This document shows, one piece after another, positions 49,222 through 57,525 of a stretch of DNA of 64,000 nucleotides. The stretch's first letter is position 1. Every line of letters begins with the position of its first letter. Below the pieces are notes generated by a model that made no database searches, was not told the DNA's origin, and saw only the letters and a program-made list of their open reading frames with translations. The translations under genes and the position numbers were made by a program. The DNA lies in contig JADFNB010000007.1 of the NCBI GenBank assembly GCA_022563595.1, positions 14,975-78,974 on the forward strand, read 5' to 3'. The stretch is from Gemmatimonadota bacterium. Its GTDB lineage: Bacteria; Gemmatimonadota; Gemmatimonadetes; Gemmatimonadales; GWC2-71-9.

Positions 49222-51452
49222 CCGGCATCCCGCTGAACGCGGCGCAACGCGCCGCTGTCGAGCACGCCGATGGTCCGCTCCTGGTCCTGGCCGGCGCCGG
49301 ATCCGGCAAGACCCGCGTGCTCACGGCACGGCTCGCCCATCTCGTAGCCGCTCGGTCGATCCCACCCGAACGCATCATCGCGGTCACCTTCACGAACCGC
49401 GCCGCCCGCGAGATGCGCAGCCGAGTCGCCACCCTGCTGGGACGCGAGCCGGCCGGGCTGTGGATCGGTACGTTTCACTCGTTGGCCGCCCGGATGCTGC
49501 GGCGCGAAGCCCATCACCTAGGGTTCACGCCGCAGTTCACGATCTACGACGAGAACGACCGGCTGGCCGTAATCAAGCGGCTGCTGGAGCAGGGGGGCTA
49601 TGCGCAGCGCGCCTACCCGCCGAAACTCGTGCAGTCGATCATCTCGGGTGCGAAGAACCGCATGGTCCCGCCGGAAGAACTCGCGGCTGCTGCCACCGAC
49701 AAGCTCGAGCGGGTGGCGGCCGAGATCTACCTGCACCTGAACAGGGCGTTGGCCGACGCCAACGCAATGGACTTCGACGATCTCCTGCTGCACCCGCTCA
49801 CCCTGTTCCGGCAACACGAGGACAGGCTGCGCCACTATCAGCAACGGTTCCACGCCGTGCTGGTCGACGAGTTCCAGGACACCAACCGGGCGCAATACCT
49901 CCTCGTGCGTAAGCTCGCCGAGGCTCACCGGCAGATCTGCGCCGTGGGCGACGACGACCAGTCGATCTACGGCTGGCGCGGGGCCGACGTGCGCAACATG
50001 CTCGACTTCCAGAGCGATTTTCCGGATGCCACGGTGATCCGTCTCGAAGAGAATTACCGTTCGACACAGATCATTCTGGACGCGGCCAACGCCGTGATCG
50101 CCGAGAACGAGCACCGTCTCGGGAAGACGCTCTTCACGTCGCGCGCAGGCGGCGAGCCCGTAACCACGGTCGCGACGGCGGACGAGCGCGACGAGGCCGA
50201 ATGGGTGGCCCGGGAGATCCGTCACCGCGTCGCCACCGACCACTATGCCCATAACGAGATAGCGGTGCTGTACCGCACCAACGCGCAATCACGGGCGCTG
50301 GAAGAGGCATTCCGCCGCGTGGCGTTGCCGTATCAGATCATCGGCGCGGTGAGTTTCTATGAACGGCGCGAAGTGAAGGATCTGCTCGCCTATCTGAGGC
50401 TGATTGTGAATCCCGCCGACGATGAGTCGTTCCGCCGCGCTGTACAGGCGCCCAAACGGGGTCTCGGGATCGCCAGCCTAACGGCGTTACAGGATGCGGC
50501 GGCGCGGTGGAGCAAGTCGCTCTATGAGACGGCGGCCATCGCCGACCGCATCTTCGACCTCCGGCCGCGCGCCAAGTCCTCCTTCCAGGAGTTCGTGGAC
50601 CTACTCGACGGCCTACGCACCCGGCTCGGCGACACCAGCCCGGCGGCACTCCTCGAGCGCATAGTGGAGTCGATCGACTACGAGGCGTATCTGGAAGCGG
50701 AGGGCTTTGAAGGAATCGAGCGGATCGACAACATGCGCGAGTTGCTCGCCGGCGCGGCGGAGTGGTCCGAAGAAGCCGAGCCCGACGATCCCACCTCACC
50801 TGTGGAGCGGTACCTTGCCAACGCTGCGCTCACCACCTCCGTCGACACATCGGGCGGGGACCCCGACGGCGTCACCCTGATGACGGTTCACACCGCCAAG
50901 GGCCTCGAGTGGCCGATCGTGGTGATCGCCGGCATGGAAGACGGGCTGTTTCCCCTGAGTCGCGCACTCGAGACGGCCGATGGCCTGGAGGAAGAGCGCC
51001 GGCTGGCCTACGTCGCCATGACGCGCGCGCGCGACCTGGTATATATCACGTGGGCACGCGCTCGACGGCGTGGCGGGCAACTCGTGCCCGGAACCCCGTC
51101 GCGGTTTCTCGCCGTGATTCCGCCGCATCTGGTAACCGAGCGGCGGAGCAGCGGTGTGTTCGGCGGCGACGCATTCCGGCGCCGGGTGTCCCGCCCGGTA
51201 TGGGCAGGCAGCTACGCGGAGGAACCCGGTTTCGGGGAGCCGACTCCCGTCGAGGACCTGTCGCAGGACGCGCCACGCTACGTGAAGGGCGAGCGCGTTC
51301 GTCACCGGCGGTTTGGCACGGGCACAATTCGTGGCCTGGCCGGACACGGCCGCGCCCTGAAGGTCGACGTGGAGTTCGACGACGCGGAGGTGGGAACCAA
51401 GCTGCTGCTGGTCGCCTATGCGGGTCTGGAGCGCGATTGGGAGAGCGCCTGA
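49218..51452 (+). CDS. uvrD: ATP-dependent DNA helicase, UvrD/PcrA family
   Basis: The product shows LNAAQRAAV, AGAGSGKTRVL, DEFQDTN, TVHTAKGLEW and VAMTRAR. The GTG start overlaps the kinase stop (GTGA). Confidence 0.9.
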   Translation: MTGIPLNAAQRAAVEHADGPLLVLAGAGSGKTRVLTARLAHLVAARSIPPERIIAVTFTNRAAREMRSRVATLLGREPAGLWIGTFHSLAARMLRREAHHLGFTPQFTIYDENDRLAVIKRLLEQGGYAQRAYPPKLVQSIISGAKNRMVPPEELAAAATDKLERVAAEIYLHLNRALADANAMDFDDLLLHPLTLFRQHEDRLRHYQQRFHAVLVDEFQDTNRAQYLLVRKLAEAHRQICAVGDDDQSIYGWRGADVRNMLDFQSDFPDATVIRLEENYRSTQIILDAANAVIAENEHRLGKTLFTSRAGGEPVTTVATADERDEAEWVAREIRHRVATDHYAHNEIAVLYRTNAQSRALEEAFRRVALPYQIIGAVSFYERREVKDLLAYLRLIVNPADDESFRRAVQAPKRGLGIASLTALQDAAARWSKSLYETAAIADRIFDLRPRAKSSFQEFVDLLDGLRTRLGDTSPAALLERIVESIDYEAYLEAEGFEGIERIDNMRELLAGAAEWSEEAEPDDPTSPVERYLANAALTTSVDTSGGDPDGVTLMTVHTAKGLEWPIVVIAGMEDGLFPLSRALETADGLEEERRLAYVAMTRARDLVYITWARARRRGGQLVPGTPSRFLAVIPPHLVTERRSSGVFGGDAFRRRVSRPVWAGSYAEEPGFGEPTPVEDLSQDAPRYVKGERVRHRRFGTGTIRGLAGHGRALKVDVEFDDAEVGTKLLLVAYAGLERDWESA

Positions 51453-51492
51453 GACGCGCCGCCGCGATGGCACCGCAGCGGACCCAGGGAAA

Positions 51493-52443
51493 CTAGGCGG
51501 ACCGGCCGTCGCCGCCGTTGCGATCCCTCCATGGACGTTGTGACGGCGAAGCGTCCCAGAAGTCCAGTTCGCGGTCCGGCAACCCGAAATTCCGATCGGC
51601 CAGCTCCGCCAACCGTACGCGGTCGCTCGGGATGCGATTCCGTATCACGTCCAACCGCATTCGCTTGGCGAGCCGTAGCGAGGACTCCCCGGACGGATCG
51701 AGGCGTCGGGCATGCGAGTTCTCTCGCTGGCTCAACATCTCCATGACCAACTGAAACGCCATCGCCATCTGGCGTTCAACCTCGCCGTCACCCAGGTCCC
51801 ACCGGCTGCGTTCCGCCACGATCCGGAACGCGCGTTGCCAGCTTTGGGTCTCGGTCAAGCCGACCATCCCGCGGAACAGGCGCCGGCTCGTTCGCACCGA
51901 GAAGATGGTGGGCGCGAGAATCCGGTCCAGATGGGAATCGGATCCCGTGTGATCCATCCTGATGAGGTCCATGGCCGACCGGACATAATGTTCGCCGAGA
52001 TGGGTCTCGAATCGGCTTTCCCAGTAGGAATGACCCAAGGCGATCGTCGTCGAAGTCACCACGAGCTGTCGGGGCACGAAGAAATTGTGAGCCACCGTAT
52101 CGGCCGCGAGATGCGACAAATAACCGAGTCCGAAGGCCCGCAACGGGTTGCTGTCGGCCCGGTCGAAGATCTCCTGTCCTACGTGCCACGCGTGGCAGTG
52201 ACGCCCGACGGGGGCGTATTTCTTGGCGATCGACGTGTCGGCCGCGATGTTGCCGTAGAGATAGTCGTACGGGTACGCCCGCAGCAGATCGGCCAGGAAC
52301 CCGGGAAGCTGTGGCAGGTTAGCGAGCACCGACTCGCCTAGATAGATGTGCGTGCCGGGTGACCAGGCGAATGCGGCTGTGGGGAACAGCGCAAGCGCCA
52401 CGACCGCCGCCACGGCCGCTATGACCAGGAAGCGCAGCTTCAC
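51493..52443 (-). CDS. zinc-dependent phospholipase C-like family protein
   Basis: The product has an N-terminal signal/anchor, then WSPGTHIYLG, GYLSHLAADTVAHN and other His-rich motifs. Confidence 0.7.
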   Translation of the reverse strand: MKLRFLVIAAVAAVVALALFPTAAFAWSPGTHIYLGESVLANLPQLPGFLADLLRAYPYDYLYGNIAADTSIAKKYAPVGRHCHAWHVGQEIFDRADSNPLRAFGLGYLSHLAADTVAHNFFVPRQLVVTSTTIALGHSYWESRFETHLGEHYVRSAMDLIRMDHTGSDSHLDRILAPTIFSVRTSRRLFRGMVGLTETQSWQRAFRIVAERSRWDLGDGEVERQMAMAFQLVMEMLSQRENSHARRLDPSGESSLRLAKRMRLDVIRNRIPSDRVRLAELADRNFGLPDRELDFWDASPSQRPWRDRNGGDGRSA

Positions 52444-52453
52444 CCGGCCGGCC

Positions 52454-52954
52454 TCAGCGTTTGCGCCGCTTGAATACCCGCCTCATGGTACGGAACAGTC
52501 CGGCGCCGCGCCGGGTGGTCCGGAGCGCCGCCGCCACGTCGAGCGCAGTCTCTTCGACCTCATCCTGGAGTAGGTCCAGCAATGTCTCGAACTCGATGAA
52601 ACGCTCCTCGAGCGATTTGGTGGTTCGCTCGATACGGCCTCGCAGTTTCTTCGAGGTTCCCGTAATGCCGTCGACCTCGTCGCGCACGAGGATCGCCAGA
52701 CGGCTGGCTTCGTCCGCCGTGCGGCGCACGGCCTGGAGCGCGGGGCGCGCGTCACGGTCGAGCGTATCGACCAGGCGTTCCACGCTCTTCGATAGATCGA
52801 TCATGCGGCGCATCGAACTCACCAATGCGACCACGAACACCACGACCGCGATCGCCATCACGGCGGTCGAGACCGCCGTGAGCACGGCTGCCCATCCCGT
52901 CACCGTTTCCTCCTCGACGTCGTGTCTAGCCGTCCCTACACTGCGGGGAAACAT
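52454..52954 (-). CDS. DUF948/YtxH-like membrane-anchored coiled-coil protein
   Basis: A single TM segment (AAVLTAVSTAVMAIAVVVFVVALV) is followed by a helical Arg/Glu/Asp-rich region. The start is uncertain, and the track ORF extends to 53026. Confidence 0.45.
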   Translation of the reverse strand: MFPRSVGTARHDVEEETVTGWAAVLTAVSTAVMAIAVVVFVVALVSSMRRMIDLSKSVERLVDTLDRDARPALQAVRRTADEASRLAILVRDEVDGITGTSKKLRGRIERTTKSLEERFIEFETLLDLLQDEVEETALDVAAALRTTRRGAGLFRTMRRVFKRRKR

Positions 52955-53024
52955 CCTGCCGGCCGGGACGGCTGTCAACTTCGGCTTGACGCTATCCATC
53001 GGAACCGCATATGGTTCGCGCACC

Positions 53025-54323
53025 ATGTCTCAACGGTTTGTCGTAGAAGGCGGCCAGGCGCTGCACGGCTCGATCCGGCCCGCGGGCAACAAGAACGCCG
53101 CTCTGCCGATGATCGCGGCGGCCCTCCTTGCCGACGGGCCCAGCGAGATTGCCAACGTTCCGCGCATTAGGGACGTTGAAGTGTTGTTGCACATCGTCGC
53201 CGACCTCGGAGCGGGCGTCCACTGGACCGGCTCGAACGCGCTGCGGATCGATCCGGGAGGGCTGGAAGCGAAACCGCTCGACCAGGAACTATGCGCCCAG
53301 CTGCGGGCGTCGATCCTGTTGGCCGGACCAATGCTGGCGCGGTTCGGCTCGGTCACGCTCCCCCCTCCCGGCGGCGACGTCATCGGCCGGCGACGTCTCG
53401 ACACCCATTTTCTCGCCCTCGAACGGCTCGGTGCCACGGTCGATATCGGGAGCGAATACCACATCAGCGCCGGTAAACTCCGGGGTGCCGAGATCTTCCT
53501 CGACGAACCGAGTGTGACGGCCACCGAGAACGCGCTCATGGCGGCCGTGTTGGCGGAAGGACGGACCATACTCCGTAACGCGGCCTGCGAGCCGCACGTG
53601 CAGGACCTCGCACGGGCGTTGATCGCGATGGGTGGGAGAATCACGGGCATCGGTACCAACGTCCTCGAGATCGAAGGTGTCGAGCGGCTCTCGGGCACGT
53701 CGCTTGAAGTCGGGCCCGATCATGTCGAGGTCGGCAGCTTCATCGGGCTGGCGGCCGTTACCAACGGCGACATAGTCATCGAAGGCGTTCGCCCACAGGA
53801 TCTCCAGCCGATCCTGCTGCAATTCGACCGGCTGGGCGTGCGGCCACGACTCGACGGCGATCGACTGCACGTCGCGGCATCCCAGGAGCGTCGCGTGCGG
53901 CCGGATCTGGGCGGACACGTTCCCCAGATCGAGGACGGCCCGTGGCCGGCTTTCCCGGCGGACCTGATCTCGATCGCCGTGGTGGTGGCCACACAGTGTG
54001 ACGGACTGGTGATGATCTTCGAGAAGATGTTCGAGTCGCGTCTCTTCTTCGTCGACAAGCTTGTCGGCCTCGGCGCGCGCGCCGTGCTCTGCGATCCGCA
54101 CCGGGTGGTGGTCGCGGGTCCCAGCCGCCTGCACGGTGGAGTGGTCGAAAGCCCCGACATCCGAGCCGGCATGGCCATGCTCCTCGCCGCGCTGGCGGCG
54201 GACGGGCAGAGCGTGATCCACAACATCAGACAGATCGACCGCGGCTACGAACGCATCGATGAACGGCTCCGAACCCTGGGCGCCGATATTGAGCGCGTGG
54301 GCGAGCCGGAGGTGAGCCCATGA
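53025..54323 (+). CDS. murA: UDP-N-acetylglucosamine 1-carboxyvinyltransferase
   Basis: The product shows GSIRPAGNKNAALP, LPPPGGDVIGRRRLD and TFPTD-like regions. It is full length. Confidence 0.95.
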   Translation: MSQRFVVEGGQALHGSIRPAGNKNAALPMIAAALLADGPSEIANVPRIRDVEVLLHIVADLGAGVHWTGSNALRIDPGGLEAKPLDQELCAQLRASILLAGPMLARFGSVTLPPPGGDVIGRRRLDTHFLALERLGATVDIGSEYHISAGKLRGAEIFLDEPSVTATENALMAAVLAEGRTILRNAACEPHVQDLARALIAMGGRITGIGTNVLEIEGVERLSGTSLEVGPDHVEVGSFIGLAAVTNGDIVIEGVRPQDLQPILLQFDRLGVRPRLDGDRLHVAASQERRVRPDLGGHVPQIEDGPWPAFPADLISIAVVVATQCDGLVMIFEKMFESRLFFVDKLVGLGARAVLCDPHRVVVAGPSRLHGGVVESPDIRAGMAMLLAALAADGQSVIHNIRQIDRGYERIDERLRTLGADIERVGEPEVSP

Positions 54324-55087
54324 CCGCAGGTGACGTGCAACGACTCGACGAAACTGCGCACGAGACGCGGGTCCCCTTGCTGGACCTCACCGCTTGGCGC
54401 GAGACGCACGGGATAGTCGCCGGCATCACCGCCCGCACCGGCGAGTTCGATCTCGGATTGGCGAGTCTCGAGTCCACCAAGGCGGTAACCGCCCGGTGGC
54501 GCGCCTTCTTCGCCGAGATGCGACCGGCGTTCTCAGGGTTTGTGATGAGCTTCCACGCCCATCGGGCCACCATCGCTAGCTACGGACCCGACACCAAAGG
54601 GTGGGTAATCGGCGACGGGCTGGACGGACACGCCACTACGGACGCCGGAATCCTGCTCATGGTACCTGTGGCCGACTGCGTGCCGGTGTATCTGCTCCAT
54701 CCACCCACCAACACGCTTGCCCTGCTCCATGCCGGGTGGCGTGGCATAGCCGACGGAATCCTCGAATCAGGGCTTGCCAGCGTGGCAGAACTGTCGGGGG
54801 ACCCCAGGCCCAGCGAAGTCATAATGCATTGTGGTGTAGGTATTTGCGGTGACTGTTATGAGGTAGGACATGAAGTCTTCGAGGCCGTTACCGGGAGCGC
54901 CGTCTCGGGCCGCGTCAAACTCGACCTGCGAGTGGCTTTGACCGACCGCGCCCGGCGGGCGGGCGTGGGCACCATCACGGCGACCCAATGGTGCTCGGCG
55001 CATGATCGCGACCGGTTCTTCTCTCACCGCCGCTCCGGCGGTACTGACGGACGGATGGTGGCCTACCTGGGCCGGCCGCGCGGTTGA
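54320..55087 (+). CDS. pgeF: peptidoglycan editing factor PgeF (YfiH/laccase-domain family)
   Basis: The product shows VPVADCVPV, LLHAGWRG and CGVGICGDCYEVG. Confidence 0.85.
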   Translation: MTAGDVQRLDETAHETRVPLLDLTAWRETHGIVAGITARTGEFDLGLASLESTKAVTARWRAFFAEMRPAFSGFVMSFHAHRATIASYGPDTKGWVIGDGLDGHATTDAGILLMVPVADCVPVYLLHPPTNTLALLHAGWRGIADGILESGLASVAELSGDPRPSEVIMHCGVGICGDCYEVGHEVFEAVTGSAVSGRVKLDLRVALTDRARRAGVGTITATQWCSAHDRDRFFSHRRSGGTDGRMVAYLGRPRG

Positions 55088-55126
55088 CCGCCCGGTATCC
55101 GGTTCCTATATTTGCGGTGGTGTGGA

Positions 55127-55157
55127 GCGGGCGCAGTTGGCCCGCGCTTTTTTGTTT
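55127..55157 (+). terminator. Rho-independent terminator
   Basis: GCGGGC-gcagttg-GCCCGC is followed by gcTTTTTTGTTT. Confidence 0.65.
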
Positions 55158-55171
55158 CCACCGGCCTTAGC

Positions 55172-55666
55172 ATGTCTGATGCACTGGCTGAATTGACCGC
55201 CGAAGTCAAGCGGCGCGTGAGCGAACTAGGGTTCGAACTCGTGGATTTGCGACGCGGAGGCACGAAGAACCTGACCCGCCTGCAGCTGCGGCTCGATCGG
55301 CCCGACGCGGTGCCGGGCCACGGCATCACCATTGACGAATGCACCACGGTGTCGCGGGCGCTGGAGGCGTGGCTCGACGGATCAGGCAAGCTGGGCCCGC
55401 GCTACGTGCTCGAGGTCTCCTCGCCCGGGATCGAGCGCCCGATCCGGTGGTTGGAGCACTGGGCGCGATTCACCGGTCGAGCGGTGCGCGTCACGCTGCC
55501 GGAACACGGACGGATACGCGCCACGATCCAGGCGGTCGACGAGAACGCCAAAACGATCGTACTTCGTCCCGACCGGTCGGGCACGGACATCACGGTCGCG
55601 CACGCCGAGGTGCGTGACGCGAACCTCGCGGTCGATTGGAACGAGCTGCGCTTACACCACAAGTAA
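55172..55666 (+). CDS. rimP: ribosome maturation factor RimP
   Basis: The product shows GFELVDL and LEVSSPGIERPI and lies upstream of nusA. Confidence 0.85.
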   Translation: MSDALAELTAEVKRRVSELGFELVDLRRGGTKNLTRLQLRLDRPDAVPGHGITIDECTTVSRALEAWLDGSGKLGPRYVLEVSSPGIERPIRWLEHWARFTGRAVRVTLPEHGRIRATIQAVDENAKTIVLRPDRSGTDITVAHAEVRDANLAVDWNELRLHHK

Positions 55667-55675
55667 GGAGCGCGA

Positions 55676-57196
55676 ATGGCGACTCCCGCCGAAGTGCTGG
55701 ATGCGATCCGCGAACTCGCTAACGTAAAACAACTCGATCAAGAGAGCCTGCTGGATCTCCTGCGCGACGGGATCCACGCGGCGCTCGTCAAGAAGTACGG
55801 GCCGGCGGTCCGGTCCGAGATCGAGATCGATGAGCTGAAGGGCGAGATCCGTGTGATCGTGCTCAAGAGCGTCGTCGAAGAGGTGGAAGACCCCAGCTCG
55901 CAGATCTCGCTCGAGGATGCACGTTGGGAGGACGCCGATTTCCAGGTCGGGGACGTGCTGGAAGAAGAGGTGCCGTTCGAGGCTTTCGGTCGTATCGCGG
56001 TGCAGGCGGCGAAGCAGCGGATCATCCAGCGCGTGCGGGAGGGTGAGCGCGCCCGAATCCGCGAGGAGTTCGCCGACAAGGTCGGCGAGTTGCTGTCAGC
56101 CGAGATCCAGCAGATCGAGCGCGGCAAGCTCGTGATCATGATCAACCGGTTCCGCGAGGCGGAGGCGATCATTCCGTATCGCGAGCAGAACCATCGCGAG
56201 CGATTTCACCAGGGCGACACGATACGTGCCGTCCTGAAGCGGCTCGAGGAGACGCCCAAAGGTCCGCGTCTGGTCCTGTCGCGGGCCGATCCGCTGTTCG
56301 TTCAGGCGCTCTTCGCGCTCGAGGTGCCGGAAATCCAGCAGTCGATCGTCTCGATCCGGGCTGCCGCCCGGGAGGTGGGGAGCCGCACCAAGATCGCCGT
56401 CGTCAGCCGCGACGACTCGATCGATCCGGTGGGTGCGTGCGTAGGGCTGAAGGGCAGCCGTGTCCAGGCGGTCGTGAACGAGCTGGCCGGTGAGCGCATC
56501 GACATCGTACCGTGGTCGCCCGACCCCGAGCGCTTCGCGAAGCTGGCGCTCGCGCCGGCTCGTGTGGCTCGTGTATTCTCCGACCCGAACACCAAGACGA
56601 TTCAGGCGATCGTGGATGAAGACCAACTCTCGCTCGCGATCGGCCGTAACGGACAGAACGTGCGGCTCGCTTCCGAGCTGACCGGTTGGAAGATCGACCT
56701 CTATTCCAGCAGGGAATGGCTGGAACGGGGAGGCGAGAGTCCGCTGTTCGCTCCGCTTCCGGGCGAGGAAGAGAACGAGCTGGATGTGGAGCTGCGTGAG
56801 CTGGAGGGTCTGTCACCCGAGCTGATCGAGAAACTGGCTTCGCAAGGTCTCGTGCGACTGAGCGAGGTGCTCGATCTGGAATCTGAGGAGATCACATCGA
56901 TTCCCGGACTCTCGCCGGAAGATGTGGAGACTCTAAAGGCCTACCTCGCCGAGCTGGTCGAAGAACCGACGGAGCAGCCGGCAGAGGAGCCGACCGACGC
57001 AGCGGCGGTGGCGGCGGAGGCGGAGGCGACGGCAGAGGAGCCGACCGACGCAGCGGCGGTGGCGGCGGAGGCGGAGGCGACGGCAGAGGAGCCGACCGAC
57101 GCAGCGGCGGTGGCGGCGGAGGCGACGGCAGAGAATCCCGAACAGGGCGCCGACACCGGAGCGGGCGAGCCGGCGGGGGAATCACCGAGCCCGTGA
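55676..57196 (+). CDS. nusA: transcription termination/antitermination factor NusA with an acidic repeat tail
   Basis: The product has S1 and KH domains (RAAREVGSRTKIAV, CVGLKGSRVQAV, IGRNGQNVRLASELTGWKIDL), an HhH region and three AEEPTDAAAVAAEAEAT units. Confidence 0.95.
   Translation: MATPAEVLDAIRELANVKQLDQESLLDLLRDGIHAALVKKYGPAVRSEIEIDELKGEIRVIVLKSVVEEVEDPSSQISLEDARWEDADFQVGDVLEEEVPFEAFGRIAVQAAKQRIIQRVREGERARIREEFADKVGELLSAEIQQIERGKLVIMINRFREAEAIIPYREQNHRERFHQGDTIRAVLKRLEETPKGPRLVLSRADPLFVQALFALEVPEIQQSIVSIRAAAREVGSRTKIAVVSRDDSIDPVGACVGLKGSRVQAVVNELAGERIDIVPWSPDPERFAKLALAPARVARVFSDPNTKTIQAIVDEDQLSLAIGRNGQNVRLASELTGWKIDLYSSREWLERGGESPLFAPLPGEEENELDVELRELEGLSPELIEKLASQGLVRLSEVLDLESEEITSIPGLSPEDVETLKAYLAELVEEPTEQPAEEPTDAAAVAAEAEATAEEPTDAAAVAAEAEATAEEPTDAAAVAAEATAENPEQGADTGAGEPAGESPSP
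56981..57127 (+). repeat. 51-bp tandem repeat (2 identical copies plus one 45-bp copy with a 6-bp deletion) inside the nusA 3' end
   Basis: gcagaggagccgaccgacgcagcggcggtggcggcggaggcggaggcgacg occurs at 56981 and 57032. The third copy starts at 57083. Confidence 0.9.
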
Positions 57197-57525
57197 TCGG
57201 TCAGGGCTGGCTCGGATTGCTGGGGCTCGGCGCGCGGGCCGGCACGTTGGTTGTCGGCACCGGTCTCGTCAGGGCGGAGTTGCAGCGCGATCGGGTGCGC
57301 GCGGTGGTGCTGGCCGCGGATCGCAGCCCGCGAACAGAGCAGAAGGTCGAGCGGCTTGCTCGTGCCAAGGGAGTGCCAGTGATGCGGGGACCGTCGGCCC
57401 GATCCCTGGGGCAGCAACTGGGACGTTCCGCGGTACAGGCGATCGGCGTGATGGACAAACGGCTGGCAGATGGTCTCGTGGCCAAGGCAAGTGGCCGTCC
57501 GGCGGGAGGATCGAGTGGCGACTAA
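57193..57525 (+). CDS. L7Ae/L30e-like RNA-binding protein (YlxQ family)
   Basis: It holds the conserved position between nusA and infB. The product shows GTGLVRAELQRDRVRAVVLAADRSPRTEQKV. Confidence 0.7.
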   Translation: MIGQGWLGLLGLGARAGTLVVGTGLVRAELQRDRVRAVVLAADRSPRTEQKVERLARAKGVPVMRGPSARSLGQQLGRSAVQAIGVMDKRLADGLVAKASGRPAGGSSGD

